DNA from: Squalus acanthias | Lineage: Eukaryota | Length of the DNA: 64,000 nt | Assembly: GCA_030390025.1 (NCBI GenBank) | Contig: CM059432.1 | Coordinates: 105,402,001 to 105,466,000 of the forward strand | Direction of reading: 5' to 3' | Part shown: piece after piece, positions 37,386 to 50,195 of the stretch | How the letters are laid out: the number at the start of each line of letters is the position of its first letter | How positions within the stretch are numbered: the first letter of the stretch is position 1 | Notes under the pieces: model-generated | What the model was told of the DNA's origin: nothing | The model's database searches: none | Seen by the model: only the letters and a program-made list of their open reading frames with translations | Made by a program: the position numbers and the translations under genes

Positions 37386-38479
37386 CGCTATATAAATGCA
37401 AGTTCTTTCTTTACTGCAAATGGGATAATTGTTAGCCCCAGGTCATGCAACCTCTGCAAGGGCAGACCTCAAAAAGGTACAGCTTCTAGATCATCGGGAG
37501 AAATCCTAAAAAAAAGTTTGAAAATCTGAGTTCCAGCACAAGAGGTGGTGGACCTGCTGGGCTCTTCCAGCAGTTTCTGTTTTTGTTACAGATTGCCAGC
37601 ATGTGCACTTTTTTCCTTTTTATCTGTGTTAAAGGAGCTTGCCATTTTTGTTGACATCGAGTTACTGGATTTTTTCCATGTTCTCAGGTACTTACTGGAG
37701 CATTTTTATCAGTTCAAGCAAAAGCTGCAGATCACAAGTCTGCCCTGTCTCTGCACCAAGAAGTCTGTGCAAGACCATAAATGGTCACGTTGACAAACTA
37801 TTAAATCCAAAATCTGCTGCCCAACTGCTACAGAATAATTGTTTGAAATTTGTGATCGGAATGACGGCCAACTGGCAGCGTTCGCCGTCACTCCGCCTTT
37901 GAAACTGACCACAACTCCGGGACTTGGCCCATGCGCAGGCACATACGGAAATCCTGAATTTGCGGTCTGTCATTGACCGCTCCGAAACAGGCTGCGCTGT
38001 GCCGCCGCCCCCCTCCCCCCACCCCCGGCAATCTGTGTAATTAGTCAAATCAGGGAAACTGACAAGAACTTCGGCTCTTCCGCAGTAATTACTCTGTTAA
38101 ATTCCCCACTAAAAGTTAGACCCAAAGGGATTAGGTGTATCTGAGGTTTTAACAGCGTATTGACTGCTAAACAAATGCTAAAGGCCTGGAAAACTAATTT
38201 TAATTTTGTGCAGTGTGAAATTTGTCCATTTTAATAACAATTTTAATTTTTAAGAGACCTGCCAAAAATTTTTTTTTAAATGTTGTCCATCCTTATTTCA
38301 AGTTTGCCTTTTCCCCATGTGAGAGCCTCAAGCTTCGTTTTGCTCTGTCAAACATTTTTTTAAAGTTAGAATGTTCGCTGTCTGTGAGAATTCTGCGATT
38401 TGATTGGCTGCTTAGACAGCTTGTTGACGTCACAGCAGCTCGCACAAGGGGTTTCCCACTATACTACGTTGATTTGAAT

Positions 38480-39038
38480 TGAAGGGTGGAAAACGCAAAG
38501 TCCCCTAAAAAACTCTAAACCCTACCTCTAAGGATGAAAAATTGGGTACTCCCCTGATACATCCAATACGCACCTTACCGCATCAGCGGACAGACCCAAA
38601 CTGACCTGGAGTGCAGCTGAAGTCTTTCACCATGTCCGGGGTACGGCAGGCCCCAACAGCCAAAAGCCTCAGTGAACCCCGAAATCGCGAAATACCTCAA
38701 CTGTCAAGAACTGTCAATTGGTGAGCATTATCCCTGATTCTCTGGAATTAAACTTAGCTAGGCAGTGGGATTGGGAGGGATAAGGGTTTTTGTAGATTGT
38801 AATTCTCCCTCGCCTGTACCGTGTGTTCCCCAACCTGTGTTTAAGCATTAAGTGTGTTTTAAGTTTGTTACCTTTTTCTTTAATAAAAGTCAAAACTCTT
38901 TCATCAAAACCTGTTGTCTACTGCATCTTTGTTCACAACCCCCAAATAAGTCCAAGGTCTAGAACCAGGGGCGTGGGAGCGATTCGAACCGCTCACTGAG
39001 TCAGAGGTGAAGCTGACCCTACCACACCACCCCCTACA
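38480..39038 (+). mobile_element. Possible solo/partial LTR
   Basis: TGAAGGG...AATAAA (about 38882)...CCCCTACA; no TSD found. Confidence 0.3.
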
Positions 39039-39849
39039 GGCACAATGAAATGTCTATCAGAAAGCTGTATTACTCTAAGACAGCTGACCTTTCAAATACA
39101 TTGGAATGAAATTTCTGGTTACATGACTGCAAACTGCAATATGTGAAACTATTACTGAACCCTGCATTCACATGTCAGCTGTCAGGAAAAGTGGCTTTAA
39201 TGTTATTACTCATTTGGGAACAAGCACAACCAAGGTTGCTTGTGATTCATGAGTTAATGGATAAGCTGTCATTGTATCAGTTTTCTTGTACTGATGACTC
39301 TCAGTGAGTGAATCAAACGCACATATATGTCCTAATGTACTGGAGCAAAGCACTTTAAATAGATGGGCAGAGTGGAATAGCAATTATCCATTTTCAGAAC
39401 CTGTGTGAGTTCACTGTTTGTCGCATCCAAATGCTGAACTAGCAAATGTGTTCAGAGTAGGCAGATAATTCAAAATTGAACTGCAGAAGTCTAAGTATCA
39501 AAACTGCAAAAAATGCTCAAATTATAAGGTTAACCGTTTGACAGCCAGCAGATCCAGAGAAATGACTGTACTGGACTGCTGGATTTTAAGGTTCCGCTCA
39601 TATACCACTATGATGAACCAGTAATATATTATAGTTTTGAGCATATGTCAGAAGTAACTTTATTGTAATATTAACCTCATACCACTAAATAAATAAGCAC
39701 AATTTAATTAAAAAATAAAAAGTAAATACATTAGGATAGATGTTTCAAACTTTTTTCTCTAATTTTTTAACTTTAAAGTATTGTGCATATATATTTCCTT
39801 CTGCTACTATAAACTACCATCCATTTTGGAGGTGGAAGAAATATTAACC

Positions 39850-42330
39850 ACCAAGGGGCAGAAAACATTGGTGGGAGTTGTCTATAGGCCTCCAAACAGT
39901 AGTGGTAATGTAGGGGATGGCATCAAACAGGAAATTAGAGATGCATGTAACAAGGGTACTACAGTAATCATGGGTGACTTTAATCTATGTATAGACTGGC
40001 CAAACCAAATTAGCAATAATACTGTGGAGGATGAATTCCTGGGGTGTGTACGAGATGGTTTTTTAGACCAGTACGTTGAGGAGCCAACTAGGGAACAGAC
40101 TATCCTAGATTGGGTATTGTGCAATGAGAAGGGGTTAATTAATAATCTTGTTGTGTGGGGTCCTTTAGGGAAGAGTGACCATAACATGAAGCATTCTTCA
40201 TTAAGATGGAAAGTGAAGAAGTCCAATCCAAAACTAGGGTCCTAAATCTAAACAAAGGAAACTACGAAGGTATGAGGAGTGAGTTGGCTATGATAGATTG
40301 GGGAGCTTCATTAAAAGGCATGACGGTGGATAGGCAATGGCTAACATTTAAGGAACGAATGCATGAATTGCATTAGTTATACATTCCTTTCTGGTGCAAA
40401 AACACAAAAGCGGCCCAACCATGGCTAACAAAAGAAATTAAGGATAGTATTAGATCCAAAGAGGAGTCATATAAAGTTGCCAGAAAAAGTAGCAAGCCTG
40501 AGGATTGGGAGCAGTTTGGAGTTCAGCAAAAAAGGACCAAGAGATTGATTAAGAGGGGAAAAATAGAGTATGAGAGTAAACTTGCAAGGAACATAAAAGT
40601 GGATTGTAAAAGCTTCTACAAGTATGTAAAAAGAAAAAGATTAGTGAAGACAAATGTAGGTCCCTTACAGTCAGAAACGGGGGAATTTATAATGGGGAAC
40701 AAGGAAATGGCGAGCAATTAAACAAATACTTTGGTTCTGACTTCACGGAAGAGGACACAAATAACTTCCCAGAAATGCTAGGGAACCAAAGGTCTAGTGA
40801 GAAGGAGGAATTAAAGGAAATTAGTATTAGTAAAAAAATAGTGCTAGAGAAATTAATGGGACTGAAAGCCGATAAATCCCCAGGGCCTAATAATCTGCAT
40901 CCCAGAGTACTAAAAGATGTAGCCAAGGAAATAGTGGATGCATTGGTTGTCATCTTCCAAAATTCTATAGATTATGGAACAGTTCCTGCAGATTAGAGGG
41001 TGGCAAATGTAACCCCACTATTTAAAAAAGGAGGGAGAGAGAAAACAGGGAACTACAGACTGGTTAGCCTAACATCAGTAGTAGGGAAAATGCTAGAGTC
41101 TATTATAAAGGATGTGATAACAGGACACTTAGAAAATATCAACGGGATTAGACAAAGTCAACATGGGTTTATGAAAGGGAAATCATGTTTGACAAACCTA
41201 CTGGAATTTTTTGAGGATGTAACTGGTAGAAAAGGGAGAACCAGTGGATGTGGTGTACTTGGATTTTCAGAAGGCCTTTGATAAAGTCCCACATAAGAGG
41301 TTAGTGTGCAAAATTAAAGCACATGGGATTGGGGGTAATATACGGGCATGGATTGAAAATTGGTTAACAGACAGGAAACAGAGAGTAGGAATAAATGGGT
41401 CTTTTTTGGGGTGGCAGGCGGTGACTAGTGGGGTACCGCAGGGATCAGTGCTTGGGATCCCAGCTATTCACAATATATATCAATGATTTGGATGAGGGAA
41501 CCAAATGTAATATTTCCAAGTTTGCTGACGACACGAAACTAGGTGGGATTGTGAGTTGTGAGGAGGATGCAAAGAGGCTTCAAGGCCATTTAGACAAGTT
41601 GAGTGAGTGGGCAAATACATGGCAGATGCAGTATAACGTGGATAAATGTGAAGTTATCCACTTCGGTAGGAAAAACAGAAAGGCAGAGTATTATATGGTG
41701 ATAGATTGGGAAATGTTGATGTACAAAGGGACCTGGGTGTCCTTGTACACCAGTCACTGAAAGCAAACATGCAGGTGCAGCAAGCAGTTAGGAAGGCATA
41801 TGGTATGTTGGCCTTCATTGCAAGAGAATTTGAGTACAGGAGCAAGGATGTCTTACTACAGTTATACCGGGCCTTGGTGAGACCACACCTGGAGTACTGT
41901 GTTAAGTTTTGGTCTCCTTACCTAAGAAAGGATATACTTGCCATAGAGGGAGTGCAGCGAAGGTTCACCAGACTGATTCCTGGGATGGCAGGACTGTCAT
42001 ATAAGGAGAGATTGAGTCGACTAGACCTGTATTCACTAGAGTTTAGAAGAATGAGAGGGGATCTCATTGAAATATATAAAATTCTGACAGGGCTAGACAG
42101 ACTGGATGCAGGGTGGATGATTCCCCTGGCTGGGGGGTCTAGAATGAGGGGTCACAGTCTCAGGATACGGGGTAGGACATTTAGGACTGAGATGAGGAGA
42201 AATTTCTTCACTCATAGGGTGGTGAACCTGTGGAATTCTCTACCACAGAAAGCGTGGAGGCCAAGTCACTGAATATATTTAAGAAGGAGATAGATAGATT
42301 TCTAGACACAAAAGGCATCAAGGGGTATGA
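39850..42330 (+). mobile_element. CR1 ORF2 (5'-truncated), multiply disrupted
   Basis: [49 protein letters not shown]. Confidence 0.92.
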
Positions 42331-43304
42331 GGATTTTAACCCAGTGACAATGAAGGAACGGCGATATATTTCCAAGTCAGAAAGTTTGTGATTTGGAGGG
42401 GATCCTGGAGGTGATTGTGTTCCCATGCACCTGCTACCTTTGTCCTTCTAGGTCGTAGATATCACAGGCTTGGAAGGTGCTGCAATGGGAAGAAGCCTTC
42501 ACGTGTTGTTGCAGTGCATTCTGTCGATAGTACACACATATTGTACTGGAAAAACACCTTTTTTGTGCTGCCAACCACCATGTTAAGAGGTTCCTCTTTT
42601 CCATAATCACTGTGGTGGTGCAGTTCATTGAAAAGTAATTACATTTTGCAGTTATGATGTATGAAAAGCTTGTGACTTGGAACTAGGTGTAAGTTCAAAA
42701 CTGACAAGGGAAATGAGAAACCACAGATTATGTTTTTTCTTGCAACAATAACCTGAAATAATATTAATCTAATGTGGTTAATATTACATCAGATGACTAC
42801 TTTGAAAAGTACCGGAAAGAACCTGCGGTTAAGCACAGAGACAATCATATACTGTATCAACCATAGTGTGCCTGGAATTCACCTAGTCAGGGTTGAATAA
42901 TGTTTGAGGATCTTGGGGTGGAGTTGGGGGGTGGGGATCAGCAGAGGCCAGAAAGATGCTTTAAAGATTTTTTATAACCTTTTATTCCCCCTGTGGTTTT
43001 TGATCTCCACCCTCCACACTTAGCCTCCGAAGATTAAATAAGTAAGATTTACAGTATGATTAGTACATATACTAACATTCAGAGAAAAAAAAGGATAGGA
43101 AAATAAACATCAGGCCCGTCCAAACATCTGCCCCAACCTGATACAGTGCAATCACGTTAAAAAATGGTTTGTTGTGCGAAGTGTGCTCAAGCAGCTAACG
43201 TATCCTTTCCCACTTTCATACTTCCTTATGTTCTTAATCCTTTGTGACCATTTCACTTTCTGTAACTCACACATTTTCAAGGTACACCCAATAAGTTCCT
43301 TGTC

Positions 43305-43909
43305 ATAACTGGTTAGGCCTCAGCTAGAGTACTGTGTCCAATTTTGGGCACCGCACTTTAGGAAGGATGTCAAGGACTTAGTAAGGGTAGAGAGGAGTTT
43401 TACCAGAATTATACCATCGATGAGAGACTTCAATTATGTGGAGAGACTAGAGAAGCTGGGATTGTTCTCCTTAGAGCAGAGAAGGTTATGGGGTGATTTA
43501 ATAGAAATGTTTAAAATTATGAGGGATTTTGATAAGAGTACATAAGGAGAAACAGTTTACACTGGCAGGTGGGTCGGTAACTAAAGGATACAGATTCATG
43601 TCAATTGGCAAAAGAACCAGAGTGAAGCGGAAAAGATTTTTTTTACGCAGCGAGTTGGAGCAGGCTCGAGGGGCCGTATGGCCTACTCCTGCTCCTAATT
43701 CTTATGTTCTGGGATGCACGCCCTGAAAGTGTAGTGGAAGCAGATTCAATAATAACTTTCAAAAGGGAATTAGATATACACTTGAAATGGAAAATATTGC
43801 AGGGCTATGAGGCAAGAGCAGGGTAGTGGGACGAATTGAATAGCTCTTTCAAAGAGCCAGCACAGGCACGATGGGCCAAATGGCCTCTTTCTGTGATGTT
43901 AGATTCTAT
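43305..43909 (+). mobile_element. CR1 3' fragment whose (GATTCTAT)n tail resumes at 48176
   Basis: Homologous to 1920-2486; tail GATTCTAT|...|TATGATTCTATGATTC. Confidence 0.85.
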
Positions 43910-44420
43910 GGCCTCAATTTTAACACCCCCCACCCCCGATGGACAAGAAAGGGTTGGGAGAGGCGTTAAAATCTTGAAAATCAAAATCCCGACACATTCC
44001 CTGCCGTCGTAATATTTACGGCGGCAATTCAGGCCATTTACGAGGCTCCTGCTAAAAGAAGGCGGGAGCCTACTTTAGAAGCAAACCTCATGGCCTGATA
44101 ATGGCATCGGTATCGCAACATAATATTGACATCATCGCAGGGGGCTCCTGCGCTTTCTGTCAGCAATGCCATGGCAGGAAGAGCTGACTGGCCAGAAGAG
44201 GCCAAGGTAAGTTTTAAAAATGTCCTTCTCGTTGTATTCCTTGTAGGTCAGGAGGAGAGGCCCCTCAAGCAAATTCCCACTCCCATCTGCCGGCCAGGCA
44301 GTCAATCTGGCCAGGTGTTGGGCAGGATGCCAGGAAGTTTTATTTAAATGAGGTCCTTCCATTAAGATCGGCAGGGCCTCCACGTCCCTCTGGGTGCACC
44401 GCCCTCTAAAAATCAAAGCC
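43910..44420. mobile_element. Harbinger-type MITE
   Basis: TAT|GGCCTCAATTTT...AAAATCAAAGCC|TAT. Confidence 0.72.
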
Positions 44421-45038
44421 TATGGCTGGAATTTTCCGGGGTTGTGGGGTGGGGGGTGGGGGGGGGGGGGTGGTCAGCAGGCGGGATCAGTAGCAGGTCG
44501 GGTGGGAAAGTGTTTTTTTTTCCCCAGCGGGTAGGGGCCCCGCTGTTAACCCGCCGCCACGCACCTATCCCGATGTTGGCGCTGAGCAGACCCGACACAC
44601 AGCGGCTGGTTCACAGTGGGGGACCCAATTCAGGTAACTAGTGGCTTGTTTAGAGCCACTTAAGAATGAATTTCAGGTCACCTTTTGCATTTGACAGCTC
44701 GCCCACGGGGTCCACGCTGGTCATGGACCACGTCTATCAAGGTGATGTGGGAGTTCAGTGACCATTGAATCAGCTGATGAGTTTACGCTTCAAATGTACA
44801 GTAAAAGCTCCCACCTTACAGAGATATCTTCCCTCAGCCACAAGCTCTTCCTCACTGCATTTCCACAACAGATTCACCATGCTGCAAGTCTTTACACAAG
44901 TCTCCATCCAATCTGACCTCATTACCTCTCTCACCATTGACAGATCGCCTCTGTCATCTCTACTTCACCTGCCATCTATTCCATCAAATGTGAGAAGTCG
45001 CACAACACCAGGTTATAGTCCAACAGCTTTAATTGAAA

Positions 45039-45075
45039 TCACAAGCTTTCGGAGCGCTGCTCCTTCGTCAGGTGA
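45039..45075 (-). ncRNA. Minimal hammerhead ribozyme with intact catalytic core
   Basis: TCAC-CTGACGA-A-GGAGC(AGC)GCTCC-GAAA-GCTT-GTGA. Confidence 0.78.
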
Positions 45076-45407
45076 AGTGAAGAGATGTATATAGGCACAG
45101 CATATATAGTCAGAGAACACTGCCAGATGATTACCGTTAATCTTTCTAACTGCCCTTTATCACACCTCGGCAGAGAGATAATCACGGCAATCAAAGGTGT
45201 GGATGGTGTCCAAACAGGTCAGTCAGGAAAACATTACATCAAAGACAATGAGGTGGGGTCACAAGGGGTCAAATGTGGCAGATGCTGGGGTCTGTATGGA
45301 AAACAAAAAACTTTTTTTGCTGGAAATCACAGCAGGTCCGGCTGCATCTGTGTAGAGAGAACAAGCCAACGACGACTCGAGTCTGGATGACTCTACGTCA
45401 GGTGGGG

Positions 45408-46919
45408 TTACATGTAGCGTGACATGAACCCAAGATCCCGGTTGAGGCCGTCCTCATGGGTGCAGAACTTGGCTATCAGTTTCTGCTCGACGATTTTGCG
45501 TTGTCGTGTGTCTCGAAGGCCGCCTTGGAGAACGCTTACCCGAAGATCGGAGGCTGAATGTCCTTGACTGCTGAAGTGTTCCCCGACTGGGAGGGAACAC
45601 TCCTGCTTGGCGATTGTTGTGCGGTGTCCGTTCATACATTGTCGCAGTGTCTGCATGGTCTCGCCGATGTACCATGCTCCGGGGCATCCTTTCCTGCAAC
45701 GTATGAGGTAGACAACGTTGGCCGAGTCACATGAGTATGTACCATGTACCTGGTGGGTGGTGTCCTCACGTGTGATGATGGTATCTGTGTTGATGATCTG
45801 GCATGTCTTGCAGAGGTTGCCGTGGCAGGGTTGTGTGGTGTCGTGGTCGCTGTTCTCCTGAAGGCTGGGTAATTTGCTGCGAACGATGGTCTGTTTGAGG
45901 TTAGACGGCTGTTTGAAGGCGAGTAGTGGAGGTGTGGGGATGGCCTTAGCGAGGTGTTCGTCGACATCGATGACATGTTGAAGGCTGCAAAGAACATGGC
46001 GTAGTTTCTCCGCTCCGGGGAAGTACTGGACGACGTAGGGTACTCTGTTGGTTGTGTCCCGTGTTTGTCTTCTGAGGAGGTCTATGCGATTTTTCGCTGT
46101 GGCCCGTCGGAACTGTCGATCGACGAGTCGAGCGTCATATCCCGTTCTTACGAGGGCGTCTTTCAGCGTCTGTAGGTGTCCATCGTGTTCCTCCTCGTCT
46201 GAGCAGATCCTGTGTATTCGCAGGGCTTCTCCATAGGGGATGGCTTCTTTAATGTGGTTAGGGTGGAAGCTGGAGAAGTGGAGCATCGTGAGGTTGTCCG
46301 TGGGCTTGCGGTAGAGTGAAGTGCTGATGTGTCCGTCTTTGATGGAGATTCGTGTGTCCAAGAATGAAACCAATTCTGAGGAGTAGTCCATGGTGAGTTT
46401 GATGGTGGGATGGAACTTGTTGATGTTATCATGTAGTCTTTTCAGTGATTCTTCGCCGTGTTTCCATAGGAAGAAAATGTCGTCGATGTATCTGGTGTAT
46501 AGCGTTGGTTGGAGGTCCTATGCAGCGAAGAAGTCTTGCTCGAACTTGTGCATGAAGATGTTGGCATATTGGGGTGCGAATTTGGTCCCCATGGCTTTTC
46601 CGTGTGTTTGGGTAAAAAACTGGTTGTCAAAGGTGAAGACATTGTGGTCAAGGATGAAGCGGATGAGTTGTAGGATGGCGTCTGGAGATTGGCTGTTGTT
46701 GGTGTTGAGTACTGAGGCTGTCGCAGCGATGCCGTCATCGTGGGGGATACTGGTGTAGAGTGGCGAGACGTCCATCGTGGCGAGGAGTGTTCCTGGTTCA
46801 ACTGGTCCGTGGGTGCTGAGTTTCTGTAAGAAGTCTGTAGTGTCGCGACAGAAGCTGGGAGTTCCCTGTACGATGGGTTTCAGGATGCCCTCGACGTATC
46901 CAGAGAGGTTCTCACACAG
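45408..46919 (-). pseudogene. Penelope RT + GIY-YIG endonuclease (one in-frame stop at 46518)
   Basis: MDVSPLYT, GKAMGTKFAP.YANIFM, RYIDD, FLD, LYRKPT, NVVYLIRC...YIGET...E...GLN. Confidence 0.93.
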
Positions 46920-49900
46920 TATTCCATCAGCATAGGTGCCCTTTATACACTCTCACCTTGGTCCTCAGAATCCCACCACGATCAGCCCCAACACCAGCAG
47001 CACATGGCACACCAGCAGCACCAACAACAACACCACCAACCTTGTCCGCAATCACCTGATGCTACACAGGTCAGAGGGCATCAGCACCCGACCACATTGC
47101 TGCCCGGGAGGCCAGGGATGGCCTCACCATGGCTAGATTTACTTCACCTGACACTGTACACCCATATGGCTGCCACATGATGTGCCAGGTTGGCACCACC
47201 CCACACCAACACCATAAAGCATCCCTATAATGCCCAAGCCATTCGGTTCACACTCATGACCATCGCAGGAGTACCATTATGTCTCACCATTCACTCCAAC
47301 TCACTAAGCCACTTCCAAAGGTGCACACAAATCTGTCCAAGAACACAAAGTGTTGAAAATAAAAGTTTCAATGTTTGACACCACAGTAACAGAAACTTTA
47401 CATGAACATTGCATAAACCACCCAAGTGCCTACCCCTGTGTGTTGTTAGTTGGTATGATTGGACTAGGATGAGGGTGAGTGTGAGAGGTGGCTAGTGAGA
47501 TGGGGATGTGATAATATAGATAGAGAGGGATGGATGGAGGTGCAAGGTAAGTTGGTGTAGGTAAGGATGTGCAGGAGTAGGGTAGGGAAGGCAGAGTGAT
47601 GGGGATGGGATGAGAGGCACAGCAGGATGAGGTTGAGTGTGGCTTTGTACTAACATTTGTGATCTACTCAGATCATTGAAAGGTTTGCGGCACTGCAGCC
47701 TGGTCCTCCTGACCACATCCCTGCTTGTGCCCTCCTGTGCAATGTGCAACCAGGCTGTGTTGATCTTCTGGGGGAGGTTTCTTCCGCCCATGGGAAGGGA
47801 AGAGGACCTCCCTGCGTGCTGTGACTCCCTCCATAAGCATATGGAGGGAGTCATGGGAGAGCCTGGGTGCAGCCCTGTGCCTCAGTACAGTCATTGTCAG
47901 TGTTTGCAGCACCTCAATGCTGTAGAACACTGACAGCACAAATGTCAAAATAAATTTGGACATGGCCTCTTTAAGGAAACCAGCTGATGACACGTCATCA
48001 AATGACATCACCAGACCCGCTTCTTCTAACTGGACCGGGAAATGCGCTTGGTGGGCTTAACAAGCCCAATCAAGGAAAATTCATTTCAGACAGCGGGCTG
48101 GAGCCAGCAGCAGGGTCGGGACCCGCCACCGACATTGCCCGCCACGGACCCGCCGAGGTTCGTAAAATCCTGGCCTATGATTCTATGATTCACAGTGGCA
48201 AGGAACAGAAAACAAAATAAATGGCCTCCAGCTTCTCAACCACTGAGCTGTGTATTTTGAACATAGAATAATGATCAAATTTTACAACATTTGATACTGG
48301 TTGTACATAAAATTTAAATAATTATATTTTCAAGCTATTACTTAAGTTTGCTCAGTGCTTTATGCTAACATTCAACCTTAGTGAAAATACAAACAACGTT
48401 AGATCCATAAATTGTCCATATCACAGGTAATGTTCTCAACTTTCTCTCTTTTTTAATATTTATATTTTTTCTTTCCCTTACATTTACTCTCCTGAAGGCT
48501 GATTTAGTTATCTCACCCTACTTGTATTAGGGTGAATTGCTGCTTTGAAGCAGCTAACAGACAACAGAACTGTCTTAAACTGGCCCATTAGTGTACAGGC
48601 TGAGCAATTACTCATATCGAAGTCGGTATGTGTATACAGCACTAGCCACCGTCAGAGCTTGCAACTATGAATAAGTTAGCAAACTTGTTGTAAATTCAAC
48701 CAAAAGACTTCTCAACCTCAATGAGATGGAAAAGGCCATTCCTCAGGTGTGGATCTGGGTAGTGAGTGTTGGCAGGTTAATCAATATGTGGGGCCCCAAC
48801 CTAATCTTATCCAACATCCACATAACATGCACTTCCAGTTGGAGCTGCAAAAGCCCTGGCTAATGTTTTGCTTTCCTCAGCTTATGGATTCTAAATCCAA
48901 TTAGGAACTTAAGAATTCCGAGATGAAAAAAGACCAAAGTCCACCTAGTTTGCCTTCACTGTCCTGGTATCCACATGATAACACAAATCATAGCAATCAG
49001 TCTCCATCAATTAGTCTATAGTAGACCCAGACATGACACAAGGAAATCCCCAGTGGTGGAGAGCTTTAGTAATCATAGCTCCAAAGTCACCTGTTCCTCC
49101 CAAGCATGCTACACTTACCACATACTATATTGTGACACCCTCACCAGTAGTTTAGCACAGATCAAGAATTGAAACATACACCGGGAATTTCCTCAGGGTT
49201 TCTCCTGATTGTACCTTTGACGGGATGTCGGTGGAATCTCTGTTTGCACAATGTATGCGGGATTCCCGCCAACCTTCTTCCGGAGTTACAGGAGCCGATC
49301 AGGAACCCCACCACCAAAAGAAATTCCCAGGAATTGATCAATCCAAAGACCTTCTTGGTCTGTATGACTATGTGTTCAACCAAACAATGCAATTATGCAC
49401 TGAGCCAATACTCAACATTTTAGCCCAATTGTAATGATAGAATAAAAGGAATATTGCAACAAGAGAGGGAAGGGTTTTTTTTCTGCATACACACTGGTGG
49501 CAAGGAACATGGTCAAATGCCAACAAATATTGGATGTATTACCTGTGATTTACAATAAGAAATAGCAGCGAGTGAGGTTCCTCCTCCAGTGTATACTCGC
49601 AAAATTTAGGCTGGTGTGTTTTCAGCAAGAAAGGGGGTGATTTTCCCAGCCCCAGGAGGCGAGTTTGGAGGCGGGACAGTTGGCAAAATGGCAGAAACTG
49701 AGTGCAGGTTTGGAACCCGCAATTTTGCCCGAGGCAGTTTTGAGAGGTGCGATTCGGTCCCGCCTCCATCAGTCCAGAGAGGTAGTTAAGACCCTTAAAT
49801 AGTAGTAAAGGGCCTCTATAATCCTATTTTGACAGGCCCCCATTATTTTACCACATTTTCAGCGTGTTCCACGACCCTCCTAAGCCATGCCAGCTAATCC

Positions 49901-50195
49901 TGGCGGGTTGACAAGTGGGTGGCCTCCTCATAGCTGCAGCTCCACCATTAAAACGGAGCTTTCATCAGGGATCAGTTGCAGGTGGCAGAACTTTTGTTGC
50001 AAAGGTCTTTCAGCGCTTTTAGCAGGCCTACCGAAGTCGGAGGTGCTGCAGCTTCTATCTCTCAACTGTGGGACCTTCTTGGAAGACCCTCTCCCCGCTT
50101 GGATTGAGCGCTTCCCCAATGGAGGTATCTGCCAGCAGCATGGGAACCATTTATTTCCTTTCACCATGGAGCTCAGATTCGGATGAGGAGCAGCC

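Larger units (their letters stand above)
44987..46919 (-). mobile_element. Penelope-like retroelement, 5'-truncated
   Basis: 10-bp TSD TATTCCATCA at 44977-44986 and 46920-46929. Confidence 0.92.
44424..48175. mobile_element. Harbinger H4, internally deleted, containing a Penelope insertion
   Basis: TAT|GGCTGGAATTTT...AAAATCCTGGCC|TAT; Myb exon-1 remnant (minus, about 47650-47900, QCRKPFNDL); 3' UTR homology to H2. Confidence 0.8.
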
